Below are positions 10,501-18,867 of a stretch of DNA of 64,000 nucleotides, one piece after another (positions within the stretch are counted from its first letter, which is position 1; each line of letters begins with the position of its first letter). The position numbers and the translations under genes were made by a program. The DNA comes from Dongiaceae bacterium (GTDB taxonomy: Bacteria; Pseudomonadota; Alphaproteobacteria; Dongiales; Dongiaceae): the NCBI GenBank assembly GCA_039808885.1, contig JBDHTX010000010.1, forward strand, positions 2,403-66,402. The letters run 5' to 3'. The notes under the pieces are model-generated. The model saw nothing but the letters and a program-made list of their open reading frames with translations. It had not been told where the DNA came from and searched no databases.

Positions 10501-11986
10501 AGACCGCCGCCTTGTCGTCCGGATGGAGGCAGTCGATGAACCGCTGCAGCGTCACCTCTTCCTCGGCGCCCCAACCGTAGATCCTTCGCTGCTCCGGCGA
10601 CCAGTAGACCGTCTCCGCGATCTGGTCGTGATCGAAGACACCAATACCGGCAACCGCGACCGCATCACGCAACAGCTCCCGACTGCTGCGAATCTCCCGC
10701 TCCGTCTCTCTTCGTGCCGTGATGTCCCGGACGATCCCCCAGCTGCCTATTTCCGAGCCGTCCGGCCCGCGCCGCAGGAAGGCGCGGATCTCGATCGGAA
10801 AGACGGTGCCATCCTTGCGCCGGTACTCCTTCTCATAGATGTCCGTGTATCCGCGGGTGAGGAGCTGCTCTTCGACGATCCGCTGCTCCATCTCATGCCA
10901 GCGCGGTGGTGTCAGGTCGCGGTAGGTCAGCTGGCGCAACTCGTCCTTCGTATACCTCAGCATCTGCTGATAGGCCGAGTTGCACTCGATGATGCGACCG
11001 TCCATGTCCAGGACCGAGAAGGCATCGCGCATGCTCTCATAGAGACCGCGGTAGAGTTCCTCGCTCTGCAGCAACTGTTTCTCGGCCAGCTTGCGGTCGG
11101 TCTCGTCCCGACATATGCCCTCGATCGCGATCAGTTTGCCGGATGCGTCGTGCAAAGCCGTATTCGACTGTACGATCCAGCGGGATTTCCCGCGCGCGTC
11201 GATGATCTCGTATTCGTAGCGCGGCCGAACCACGCCGTCCTGGAGCTCCGCCCAGGCCTGCTCAAAGAACTGCCGCGAGTTGGGGTGGATCACGCGTGCG
11301 ATATGCAAGGGGTCGGCCAGGAGCGTCTCGGCCGAAATGCCGACCACGCGCTCGGCCGAGGGACTTACGTAGTCATACCGGCCGTCCGGAATGCTCATCC
11401 TGAACAGCATTTCATCCAGTCCCTCGATGAGGGCCCGGTATTTGGCCTCATTCTGGCGCAGCAGCTCCTCGCCCCGCCGCGCCTCGGTAACGTCGTGCCC
11501 GACGGCCAGCAGGGACGTCACCTTGCCGTCCGTATCGCGGATCACGCTGTCCGACCATTCGATGAGGCGTTCCTCGCCACTGCGCAGGACGATCGCGTTC
11601 ACGTTGCCGCGCGTCGGCGCGCCACCAACCGCGGCCCTGAACAGCGCTGAGACGCGGGGACGCTCACGGTCCGGGATGAAAATACTGAACCAATCCTTGC
11701 CCCGGATCTCGTCCAGCCGGTAGCCGGTCAGATTCTCAAAAAACGGATTTGCCCGCTCAATGGCCCCGTCCGGCGCCAGCAAGAGGATGATCGCCGGAGC
11801 GGAATCGAGCAGCTGCTCGACCAATGCATGGTCGTACCGGAGGCGGATGAGGTCGGGATGGCCCAGCTCTATGCCGGCGGAACCCCGCTCGGCGCCGCTA
11901 CCGCGGCCGCGGCGCCAAGCCAGGACTGACAGCCCCGCCGCCAAGAGCACGAAGCCGACGACATAGAGAAGGTAGGTGATGTCCAG
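7541..11986 (-). CDS. Hybrid sensor histidine kinase: TM, six PAS, GAF, PAS, HisKA, HATPase, REC (start uncertain; ORF open to 12199)
   Basis: Repeated PAS/PAC ends (GHDVT, CRDET, VRDIT, AFDVT, VQDIS, STDMT, IRDVT); MAHDFNN H-box; NLAGNARDA; FEPFFTTK; GLGL; LLFTDVVMP. Confidence 0.9.
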   Translation of the reverse strand: MDITYLLYVVGFVLLAAGLSVLAWRRGRGSGAERGSAGIELGHPDLIRLRYDHALVEQLLDSAPAIILLLAPDGAIERANPFFENLTGYRLDEIRGKDWFSIFIPDRERPRVSALFRAAVGGAPTRGNVNAIVLRSGEERLIEWSDSVIRDTDGKVTSLLAVGHDVTEARRGEELLRQNEAKYRALIEGLDEMLFRMSIPDGRYDYVSPSAERVVGISAETLLADPLHIARVIHPNSRQFFEQAWAELQDGVVRPRYEYEIIDARGKSRWIVQSNTALHDASGKLIAIEGICRDETDRKLAEKQLLQSEELYRGLYESMRDAFSVLDMDGRIIECNSAYQQMLRYTKDELRQLTYRDLTPPRWHEMEQRIVEEQLLTRGYTDIYEKEYRRKDGTVFPIEIRAFLRRGPDGSEIGSWGIVRDITARRETEREIRSSRELLRDAVAVAGIGVFDHDQIAETVYWSPEQRRIYGWGAEEEVTLQRFIDCLHPDDKAAVFEAVKRAHDPAGDGRYDVEHRIVRRDGAIRWLASKSQTFFEDLDGAPRAVRTVGVAFDVTNIRAADKVLLESELRLRQAQSLAKVGNWELDLASGALWWSDEIFQVFEIDKERFGASYEAFLSAIHPEDRAAVNAAYTTSVENRTPYQITHRLRMPDGRVKWVEERCQTTYDPDGKAIRSSGTVQDISDRVRAEQEARQRESWLLAILENSPTEIVLKDLDLNFIAVSKNVAEDRGFRMKDMIGKSMRDVFPAEIAAIYEAADRKVLESNDAVRQDMREVVEEAERYIHNVEFPLRDDAGRMIGIGSLSTDMTEFKRIERGMEALSTELISLEGAAFYERAALRLAELLSVEYAFITRAEAQRSVEARIVAVVQHGALHPNESYMLPGTPSEVVLKGHRCVVEEGVQKRFPADRYLAEKGIEAYAGEPLFDQGGQVLGQVAVMSRRRFRDVAVVGTLLKIFAVAIAAAIVRERNRRQYIDLFEFAPSGLVMVDREGCIALINRQAEEMFGWSRSELLGKPIEMLVPLGSRDAHELLRMEYQSGAQRRRMAESRALLRGRRKDGTEFPAEIDLAPVQSESGTMIAAAIRDVTNRLLLEAELAQATKMEAIGKLTGGMAHDFNNYLGVIIGNLDLLRERNIPDAKARKLIEAALSGALRGAEVTQSLLAFARRQPLNVEHVDANSRIRGIAKLLGRTLGKDVKIATELAQDLWTVKVDGAQLDSCIVNLAGNARDAMPKGGTVTIRTGNARLDEHYAKANPGVVAGDYVMIEVSDVGAGMTKEVQARVFEPFFTTKGPGHGSGLGLSMVYGFVKQSGGHVKIYSEVGHGTSVRIYLPRGHLTAETRLEGPSTETVPRGNGEIVLVVEDNEDLREASVAQLMMLGYDVIQADGSAAALAAIDGGGRPVDLLFTDVVMPGAMNGYELAKEVTVRRPAIKVLLASGFPGETLERSPQQARRWQLLRKPYRMEELGRAVHAALQRPASEEIG

Positions 11987-12322
11987 TCCCCGCCTGCGGT
12001 TGCAATCAGGATCGGCATCATACGGCGTGGGATGTGTGCCGCCCCTTGGCAGGCGGCTCTGACCCGGACGGAATGAGAAGAAACCCAAAATGGCCGGACT
12101 AAGAACGCATCCTTGACCCCAAGAAACCCGCGGCCGATGCCAACAACCTCCGCCGAACGCGCCACTGCCGCCATTAAGTGCAGCCCTGACCGAATTCACA
12201 AGCTAACCAGAAGAACTACTGAACATGGGTTCTTTGCAGAATGGCGTCCTATTCTGGTCTCAGGGACTGCCAGCAACCCAAGCGGCCCCGGCAAGGAGAC
12301 TTGCTAGAACGCCAGCGCGGCG

Positions 12323-12367
12323 AAGACGAAACCGCCGCACCGTCGCGCGGGGCGACGATGCGGCGGC
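12323..12367 (-). terminator. Intrinsic terminator after the DUF1127 gene
   Basis: Stem GCCGCCGCATCGTCGC/GCGACGGTGCGGCGGT followed by TTTCGTCTT on the minus strand. Confidence 0.6.
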
Positions 12368-12373
12368 GCTGAG

Positions 12374-12595
12374 TCAGGCCCGAGAGGGCGGGTTTCGCCG
12401 TTCCGGCCACAGAACGGCCTTGGAGATGCCGATGTCCTGGCACAGGTGGTCGCTGAGCACCCGACGCTGGTGCCGCGCGCGATGACGGTGCCACCACTCC
12501 TGCAATGCGGAAGCAAGCCGGCTGGGCCAGTGACGCGGCGACGCCGTCGCGACGCGACGGGGCGCCGCGGCGACGCCGCTTCCGAACGCCATCAT
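12374..12595 (-). CDS. DUF1127 (YjiS-like) small protein
   Basis: WWHRHRARHQRRVLSDHLCQDIGIS resembles the DUF1127 pattern W..R...R..L..L.D..L.DIG. Confidence 0.6.
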   Translation of the reverse strand: MMAFGSGVAAAPRRVATASPRHWPSRLASALQEWWHRHRARHQRRVLSDHLCQDIGISKAVLWPERRNPPSRA

Positions 12596-12608
12596 GACGG
12601 CGCCCGCT

Positions 12609-13520
12609 CTAAGAGAAGCTCGGCGCCAACTCCGCCAGCCTCTTTTCCGCACCCGGCGCGATGGTCCGGATCGTATCCAGGAAGTTGGCGTGGCTCATGC
12701 CGGAGCCGATGAAGGTCCAGCGCTGGGCCTGGTGCTGTTCCTGCAGGAAGATCCCCTGCTCCGCCTCGCCGAGGACGCGGCGGGTAGCCCGTGCGAGCGT
12801 CTGCATGTCGAACTTCGCCTGTTGCGCCAGGCAGGCGTCGAACGTGCCGCCCAACGCCAGGTAGCCCTCGATGGCCGCGGCGATGCTCTCCGGCGAGCGC
12901 TCCCTGGCCAGTTCCAGCACCATCAGCGTGTCCAGCTTCGCGTGCTGCGCCTCTTCCATCCAATGGTGCTTCAGCAGGCTCTTGAACAGCGGATCGAGGA
13001 GCGAGTCATCCTTGACGCTGTCGAGATAGTGCCGCTGCGTCATCCATTCGATTTGCAGGATCAGCAGGGCGACCGAGAGCGGATCCTGTGCCAGCACCGC
13101 GGCGGCGATGTCCTGCGGCGGGCCGATGAGGTCGCAGGGCGTCGCGAAGCCGGCGTCGAAAGCCTCGGCAAAACGCTTGAAGAGATGGATGTGCTTGGCC
13201 TCCTCGCCGGCGAACTGCAGGTAGGCCCGGGTGCGCAGATCATCCTGGGCCAGGTGCTGCCGGACATGGTCCAGGACGAAGGGCAGGATGAACTCCTCCA
13301 CCAGCCCGAACATGTAGAGGTAGCCGCGCCCGCGGATCTGGTTCAGCACGCGCTTCTCCTCGCCGTCGAGGAAGCGCAACTGGTTGGTGCGCGCCAGCGA
13401 TTCCGGCAGGAAATTGCGCTTGAACTCGAGCCGATGCGCGCCGCCGATGATGTCATCGACTTGCCAATTCACCTTCTGCGACGCCTGCAAGGTGGCGCCG
13501 AACTCATAGTGCTGGTGCAT
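12609..13520 (-). CDS. Ferritin-like diiron oxygenase, AurF/CmlI-like ligand pattern
   Basis: VEE, EEAKH, QIE, HHWMEEAQH (H-x3-E-x2-H). Confidence 0.75.
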   Translation of the reverse strand: MHQHYEFGATLQASQKVNWQVDDIIGGAHRLEFKRNFLPESLARTNQLRFLDGEEKRVLNQIRGRGYLYMFGLVEEFILPFVLDHVRQHLAQDDLRTRAYLQFAGEEAKHIHLFKRFAEAFDAGFATPCDLIGPPQDIAAAVLAQDPLSVALLILQIEWMTQRHYLDSVKDDSLLDPLFKSLLKHHWMEEAQHAKLDTLMVLELARERSPESIAAAIEGYLALGGTFDACLAQQAKFDMQTLARATRRVLGEAEQGIFLQEQHQAQRWTFIGSGMSHANFLDTIRTIAPGAEKRLAELAPSFS

Positions 13521-13699
13521 CTGAGGTCTCTCCCTGGCTGTTTGCGACCGACGGGTCTTCTCCCGCGGAAGTGGCGGGAACCTAGAGAGATCACGGCCTG
13601 GAATCTTGCAGACCGGCTGGCGAACTCGTGCAGATAATTGTATATTTGGTCAAACCCTCGCCAAAATCTGTGTTTAGTCAGGCATGCAGGAGTGAAAGC

Positions 13700-14905
13700 A
13701 TGCAAGAAAGCTGTGTTAACTTTGGTGACTGCACCGTTGATCTGGCGGCCTTCGAGGTGCGCAGGGCCGGAGAAAAGCGACCAGTCGAGCCGCAAGTATT
13801 TGATCTGCTGGCATTTTTGGTCCAGAACCCCGATCGGCTCGTCACCAAGGACGAGCTCATCGCCGAGGTCTGGCATGGGCGGATCGTATCCGATGCGACG
13901 CTCGCGAGCAGGCTGCGGGCGGCGCGCTGCGCCATCGGCGATGACGGCGAGCAGCAGAAGCTGATCCGCACCGTGCATGGCCGCGGCGTGCGTTTCATCG
14001 GCAGGCCGGCCGGAAATCTCGTCCCGCTCGCCCCGCCCGCCGCGCCGCTCAAGCAGGATATCCGCTTCTGCAACGCGCCCGATGGCGTGCGCCTCGCCTA
14101 TGCCACGGTCGGCAACGGCCCACCCCTGGTGAAGCCGGCAAACTGGCTGACCCACCTTGAATACGAGCTGACCAGCCCTGTCTGGCGCCACTGGATCGCC
14201 GGGTTGTCGCGCGATCACACCCTGATCCGCTACGACAAGCGCGCCAACGGCCTGTCCGACTGGAACGTCGACAACCTCACCTTCGATGCCATGGTGCGGG
14301 ATCTCGAGACCGTCGTGGACGCGGCCGGGCTTGAGCGATTCCCGCTCTTCTGCCTCTCCCAGGGCTGCGCGATTGCCGCCGCTTATGCCGTGCGCAACCC
14401 GGAACGGGTGACCCGCATGGTGCTCTATGGCGGCTATTCCCGCGGCTGGAACAAGCGTGGCAACGGCAACCATGCGGCGCAACGCGAAGCGCTGGGCACA
14501 TTGATTGAGCATGGCTGGGGTCAGGACAACCCGGTGTTCCGGCAGATCTTCACCAGCATGTTCCTGCCCGAGGGCAATGCCGAACATCAGCAATGGTTCA
14601 ACGAGATGCAGCGTGCCGCCGCGTCGCCCGCGAACGCCGCCCGCATCCACCGCGCCGTCGGCGACCTGGACGTGCGGCACCTTCTGCCACAGGTCAAGGT
14701 TCCGGTCCTGGTCCTGCACGCGCGCAACGACGAGGTAGTTCCTTTCGAGGAGGGACGCATCCTGGCCAGCGAGATTCCCGGCGCGCGCTTCGTGCCGCTC
14801 GACAGCCGCAACCACGTGCTGCTGGAGAACGAACCCGCCTGGCCGCGCCTGCTGGAGGAAACGCGGGCGTTCCTGGCCGAGGGCGATGCTAGGGAGCGCG
14901 CGTAG
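13700..14905 (+). CDS. Winged-helix (CadC/OmpR-type) DNA-binding domain fused to an alpha/beta hydrolase
   Basis: VEPQVFDLL...LVTKDELIAEVW...LIRTVHGRG; hydrolase triad motifs LSQG, NDEVVP, SRNH. Confidence 0.85.
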   Translation: MQESCVNFGDCTVDLAAFEVRRAGEKRPVEPQVFDLLAFLVQNPDRLVTKDELIAEVWHGRIVSDATLASRLRAARCAIGDDGEQQKLIRTVHGRGVRFIGRPAGNLVPLAPPAAPLKQDIRFCNAPDGVRLAYATVGNGPPLVKPANWLTHLEYELTSPVWRHWIAGLSRDHTLIRYDKRANGLSDWNVDNLTFDAMVRDLETVVDAAGLERFPLFCLSQGCAIAAAYAVRNPERVTRMVLYGGYSRGWNKRGNGNHAAQREALGTLIEHGWGQDNPVFRQIFTSMFLPEGNAEHQQWFNEMQRAAASPANAARIHRAVGDLDVRHLLPQVKVPVLVLHARNDEVVPFEEGRILASEIPGARFVPLDSRNHVLLENEPAWPRLLEETRAFLAEGDARERA

Positions 14906-15425
14906 CCAGCGTCGAGAGATAGTGCTCCTGGCTGAAGGTCTCGATCGACCCGGGCCGCGCGGCGCGCACCGCGCGCATGGCCTCGCGCGGGCCGAGGCCG
15001 TATTTCATCAGAATGAGGGAAGCGACGGTTCCGGTGCGTCCCAGGCCGGCATAGCAGTGCAGGAACAGGCGTTCGCCTTGCCGGAAGCCGGCGTCCAGGC
15101 GGGGCCACAGATCGACCCAGGCAGTCTCGAAGCGGTGATCGGGCGGCTCCAGATTGGGAATCGGTAGATGCAGCCAGGCGACACCGAGCGCCGTCAGTTC
15201 GCTTTGCAGCAGGCTGGCGGGGGCGCCGACATAGGCGAGCTCATCCTCTTCCATCAGGGTCACGACCAGATGCGGCTTCCAGGCGGCGATCCGTTTCAGA
15301 TCGGCGCTGAGGCTTCCGCGGCGCGGCACCACGGCCATCGGCGTCAGGCGGTGGCCGGGGCAGCAGCCAAGGCCCAGCGTGCCGCCCTTGGGGAGGGAAA
15401 GCTCGTTGAAGCTGTAATCGAGCAT
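14889..15425 (-). CDS. Dual-specificity/CDKN3-like protein phosphatase
   Basis: HCYAGLGRT (CX5R) P-loop; RAARPGSIET. Confidence 0.8.
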   Translation of the reverse strand: MLDYSFNELSLPKGGTLGLGCCPGHRLTPMAVVPRRGSLSADLKRIAAWKPHLVVTLMEEDELAYVGAPASLLQSELTALGVAWLHLPIPNLEPPDHRFETAWVDLWPRLDAGFRQGERLFLHCYAGLGRTGTVASLILMKYGLGPREAMRAVRAARPGSIETFSQEHYLSTLATRAP

Positions 15426-15472
15426 GCCGCCATCATAGCGGGATCGTCGCCCCGGGGGAATCCGGGCGGCGC

Positions 15473-15509
15473 AAAGAAAAGCCCCGGCCGGAAGCTTTCC
15501 GGCCAGGGC
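15473..15509 (-). terminator. Intrinsic terminator of the pyrimidine ABC operon
   Basis: GC-rich hairpin around GGCCGGAA/TTCCGGCC followed by TTTTCTTT on the minus strand. Confidence 0.6.
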
Positions 15510-15561
15510 CTGAGGTGGATGAGAGGTGAAATGCGACGGAGCCGCCCGGCTCCGCCCGCGC

Positions 15562-16572
15562 TTACATCGCCATCGCCTTCTCGATGACTTCGTGGGTCCA
15601 GGCGCCTTCCGGCTTCTTGGTGATGACCGGGTCGGAGCCGCCACCCATCAGGGTCTCGATGGTGCGGTCATAGGCCGCCTCGTCGAGATAGCCGGTGCCC
15701 TTCGGATTGGTGCCGACCAGCTTGGCGATCTCGCCCATCATGCGCTTCTGGTGCTTCTCGGTCTGGGCGCCGGTCTCGTCATTGTCCAGCGTGATCATCG
15801 CCGCCTCGTCCGGATTGGCGACCGCATAGTCCCAGCCCTTCATCGACGCCTTCAGGAAGCGGGCGAGCTTGTCCACCATCGCCGGGTCCTTCAGCGTGTT
15901 CTCCAGCGTGTAGAGGCCGTCCTCGAGGGTGGCCACACCCTGGTCCTCGTATTTGAAGGTGGTGAGGTCCTCCGGCTTCATGCCGGCGTCGATCACCTGC
16001 CAGTACTCGTTGTAGGTCATGGTCGAGATGCAGTCAGCCTGCTTCTGCAGCAGCGGGTCGACGTTGAAGCCCTGCTTCAGCACCTTCACGCCGCCCTTGG
16101 AGCCGTCGGTCTTCAGGCCGAGCTTGTTCATCCAGTTGAGGAACGGATACTCGTTGCCGCCGAACCAGACGCCGAGCGTGTGGTCGGCGAACTTGTCCGG
16201 CGAGGTCACGCCGCTGTCGTTGCGGCAGGTCAGCATCATGCCCGATTTCTGGAACACCTGGGCGATGTTGACCAGCGGCACGCCCTTTTCGCGCGTCGCC
16301 ATCGCCGAGGGCATCCAATCCACCACCACGTCGGCGCCGCCGCCGGCGATCACCTGGCTGGGGTTGATGTCGGGGCCGCCCGGCTTGATCGTCACGTCGA
16401 GGCCGACCTCGTCGTAGAAGCCCTTGTCCTTCGCCACGAAATAGCCGGCGAACTGCGCCTGCGTCACCCACTTCAACTGCAGGGTCAGCTTGTCCGCCGC
16501 TTCGGCCGCGTTGGCGAGGAGCGCCAGCAATGCCGCCCCCGCGATCGCGCCCGTCCAAGTCTTAGCCGTCAT
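15562..16572 (-). CDS. ABC transporter substrate-binding protein, NMT1/THI5-like (pyrimidine uptake)
   Basis: Signal peptide; LQLKWVTQAQFAGYFVAKDKGFY; STMTYNEY; lies in the pyd cluster. Confidence 0.88.
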   Translation of the reverse strand: MTAKTWTGAIAGAALLALLANAAEAADKLTLQLKWVTQAQFAGYFVAKDKGFYDEVGLDVTIKPGGPDINPSQVIAGGGADVVVDWMPSAMATREKGVPLVNIAQVFQKSGMMLTCRNDSGVTSPDKFADHTLGVWFGGNEYPFLNWMNKLGLKTDGSKGGVKVLKQGFNVDPLLQKQADCISTMTYNEYWQVIDAGMKPEDLTTFKYEDQGVATLEDGLYTLENTLKDPAMVDKLARFLKASMKGWDYAVANPDEAAMITLDNDETGAQTEKHQKRMMGEIAKLVGTNPKGTGYLDEAAYDRTIETLMGGGSDPVITKKPEGAWTHEVIEKAMAM

Positions 16573-16594
16573 ATATGCCTCCTTGTTTGTCGTT

Positions 16595-17716
16595 TCATCG
16601 GCTTCGGTAGGATGGATGCCAGAACGTGAAACTGCGCTCCAGGACCGCCAGCATCCCGTAAGAGGCGGACCCGACCAGTGCGGCGACCGCGATGGTCGCC
16701 CACACCACGTCCACGTTCATGATCTGGCTTTGCGTGCTGATGCGGAAGCCCATGCCGGAGGTGCCGGAGCCGAAGAACTCCGCCACGATGCCGCCGATCA
16801 GCGCCAGGGTCGAGTTGATCTTGAGTGCATTGAAGACGAAAGGCAGCGCCGCCGGCAGGCGCAGCGCAAAGAGCGTCTGCCAATAGCTGGCGCCGTAGGA
16901 GCGCATCAGGTCGAGCTGCATGCGGTCGGCGGTGTTGAGCCCGGTCAACGCGTTCACCAGCATGGGGAAGAAGATCATGAAGACGATGACCGCGGTCTTC
17001 GACTCCCAGCCGAAGCCGAACCAGATCACCATGATCGGGGCGACGCCGATGATGGGCACGGCGCTCACCAGATTGCCGAGCGGCAGCAGGCCGCGCTGCA
17101 GGAACGGCACCCGGTCGACCAGAAGGGCCGTCCCCAGGCCCAGCAGATTGCCCAGGAAGAAGCCGGCAAGCACCGCCTTCAGGAAAGTCTGGCGGAAGTC
17201 GTCGGCCAGGGTCGCCGCCTCGCGTCCCAGGGCGTCGAGGATCTCGGTCGGCGCCGGCAGCAGGACGCGCGGCACGGCGAAGCCGACGACGCCGGACTGC
17301 CAGAGATAGACCAGTGCCACTCCAAACAACGCGGGGACCACCAGGGCGTAGATGCGGCTGCCGGGCAGCGCCGAGATATGCTGCATCACCGTCCAGGCGA
17401 AGAGCAGCACGCCGACGACGGTGAACCAGAATCCGGGCGCCGACAAACCCATGGACAGCTCAGCCGTCGGCAGGATGGCTGGACCGATGCCGGCGATCAC
17501 CACGGCGATTGGGCTGAGCCAAGCCCAGATCTCCCCCTTGGCCAGATGGCGCAGCCAGCGTTCGCCGGCGATCACCGCGGCGATACCGAAGGCGACGAAG
17601 ATCGCGGCGACGGGGAACTGCGACCAGTAGGCGTAGTCCTCCTCATAATAGCCGATCGGCAGAGCAAGGCCGGCCGCCATCAGGGCGGCGCTGATCCAGG
17701 CGAGCAGCGGGCTCAT
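16595..17716 (-). CDS. ABC transporter permease with an extended N-terminal membrane region
   Basis: SsuC/TauC-type core (VPIIGVAP, LRLPAALP, IVAEFFG); ATG overlaps the upstream stop. Confidence 0.85.
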   Translation of the reverse strand: MSPLLAWISAALMAAGLALPIGYYEEDYAYWSQFPVAAIFVAFGIAAVIAGERWLRHLAKGEIWAWLSPIAVVIAGIGPAILPTAELSMGLSAPGFWFTVVGVLLFAWTVMQHISALPGSRIYALVVPALFGVALVYLWQSGVVGFAVPRVLLPAPTEILDALGREAATLADDFRQTFLKAVLAGFFLGNLLGLGTALLVDRVPFLQRGLLPLGNLVSAVPIIGVAPIMVIWFGFGWESKTAVIVFMIFFPMLVNALTGLNTADRMQLDLMRSYGASYWQTLFALRLPAALPFVFNALKINSTLALIGGIVAEFFGSGTSGMGFRISTQSQIMNVDVVWATIAVAALVGSASYGMLAVLERSFTFWHPSYRSR

Positions 17717-18612
17717 GCGTGCCCTCCCGCCTGAGTGCCCGCGCGCCGCTGGGTCACCCATTCGATCCCGGCGATGACATAGACCAGAAGCATGCCGAGG
17801 ATCGCCGCCATGAACAGGGCCGACCAGATCTGCACAATCTGCCCATAATAGGAGCCGCTGAGCAGCCGGGCGCCGAGGCCGGCGCCGCCCACCGGCAGCT
17901 CGCCGACGATGGCGCCGACCAGGGAGATGGCGATGGCGACCTTCAGGCTGGCGAACAGGAACGGCACCGAGGCCGGCACCCGCAGCTTCCAGAAGATCTG
18001 CAGCTGATTGGCGTTGTAGGTGCGCATCAGGTCCATCTGCAGCGGATCGGGCGAGCGCAGCCCCTTCACCATGCCGATGGTGACCGGAAAGAAGCAAAGA
18101 TAGGCCGAGATCAGCGCCTTGGGGATCAACCCGGTCACACCGACATTGCCCAGCACCACGATGATCATCGGCGCGATGGCGAGGATGGGCACGGTCTGCG
18201 AGGCGATGATCCAGGGCATCAGCGAGCGGTCCAGGGTGCGGACATGGACGATGCCCGCCGCCAGCACGATGCCAAGGATGGCGCCGAACAGGAAGCCCAA
18301 CAGCGTCGCCGAAGCGGTCACGCCCGCGTGATAGACCAGGGATCGCTTGCTTGTGATCTTCAGCCCGACGGTGGAGTTCCACAGATCGCTGGCGATCTGG
18401 TTCGGCGCCGGCAGCACCGGCCGCTCCATGCTCCAGGTGCCCTGGACCAGTTCGCCGAACGAATAGCCGGGATTGGCCTCCGCCAGCTGCTCCGAGACGC
18501 GCGTGTAGTTGAGGGCAATCGCCAGCAGGTACCAGAGCGCGACGATCACCGCGACCACGGTGAGGACGGGGAGCACATATCCCTTGGGCGAAAGCCAATC
18601 CCTCACTGACAT
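17713..18612 (-). CDS. ABC transporter permease
   Basis: SQTVPILAIAP, LRVPASVPFLFASLK, IVGELP. Confidence 0.88.
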   Translation of the reverse strand: MSVRDWLSPKGYVLPVLTVVAVIVALWYLLAIALNYTRVSEQLAEANPGYSFGELVQGTWSMERPVLPAPNQIASDLWNSTVGLKITSKRSLVYHAGVTASATLLGFLFGAILGIVLAAGIVHVRTLDRSLMPWIIASQTVPILAIAPMIIVVLGNVGVTGLIPKALISAYLCFFPVTIGMVKGLRSPDPLQMDLMRTYNANQLQIFWKLRVPASVPFLFASLKVAIAISLVGAIVGELPVGGAGLGARLLSGSYYGQIVQIWSALFMAAILGMLLVYVIAGIEWVTQRRAGTQAGGHA

Positions 18613-18617
18613 TTCTC

Positions 18618-18837
18618 CCCCTTCCCCCCAAAGCCGACGAATGTTGGCATTCGCCGACGGGGCGGGGGAAGGCAGCGGAGCCTTAGCGAACGCAGTGAGC
18701 TTAGGCGCAGCCGGATGGGGGGTAGCGCGCTTCCGGGCGCGCCATCGCGATAGCGATGCTGCGTGAAGATTCTTCGCGGAGAAACCCGGCGCTGCAACAC
18801 CCCCCATCCCCACCTTCCCCCGCAAGGGGGGAAGGGG
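18618..18837. repeat. REP/MITE-like palindromic element with 12-bp terminal inverted repeats
   Basis: CCCCTTCCCCCC (18618-18629) and GGGGGGAAGGGG (18826-18837); internal hairpins CCTTCCCCCGCAAGGGGGGAAGG and GGATGGGGGGT/ACCCCCCATCC. Confidence 0.7.
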
Positions 18838-18867
18838 TCCACCGATTCTGCAGCTGGCCACGACACG

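Noticed and set aside
7541-11986. Large kinase as a low-GC horizontally acquired island
   Set aside because: Spot counts of a few 60-nt lines were no lower than a glnA line; no mobility genes or flanking repeats; a sliding GC3 calculation would be needed
12200-12373. Cuckoo/CcsR-type sRNAs or a TPP riboswitch downstream of DUF1127
   Set aside because: No CCTCCTCCC loops; CTGAGA is present but the GAACCTGAT...AGCG core is absent
12609-13520. Diiron protein and pabBC as a p-nitrobenzoate biosynthetic cluster
   Set aside because: About 40 kb apart with housekeeping genes between; no carrier or assembly-line genes
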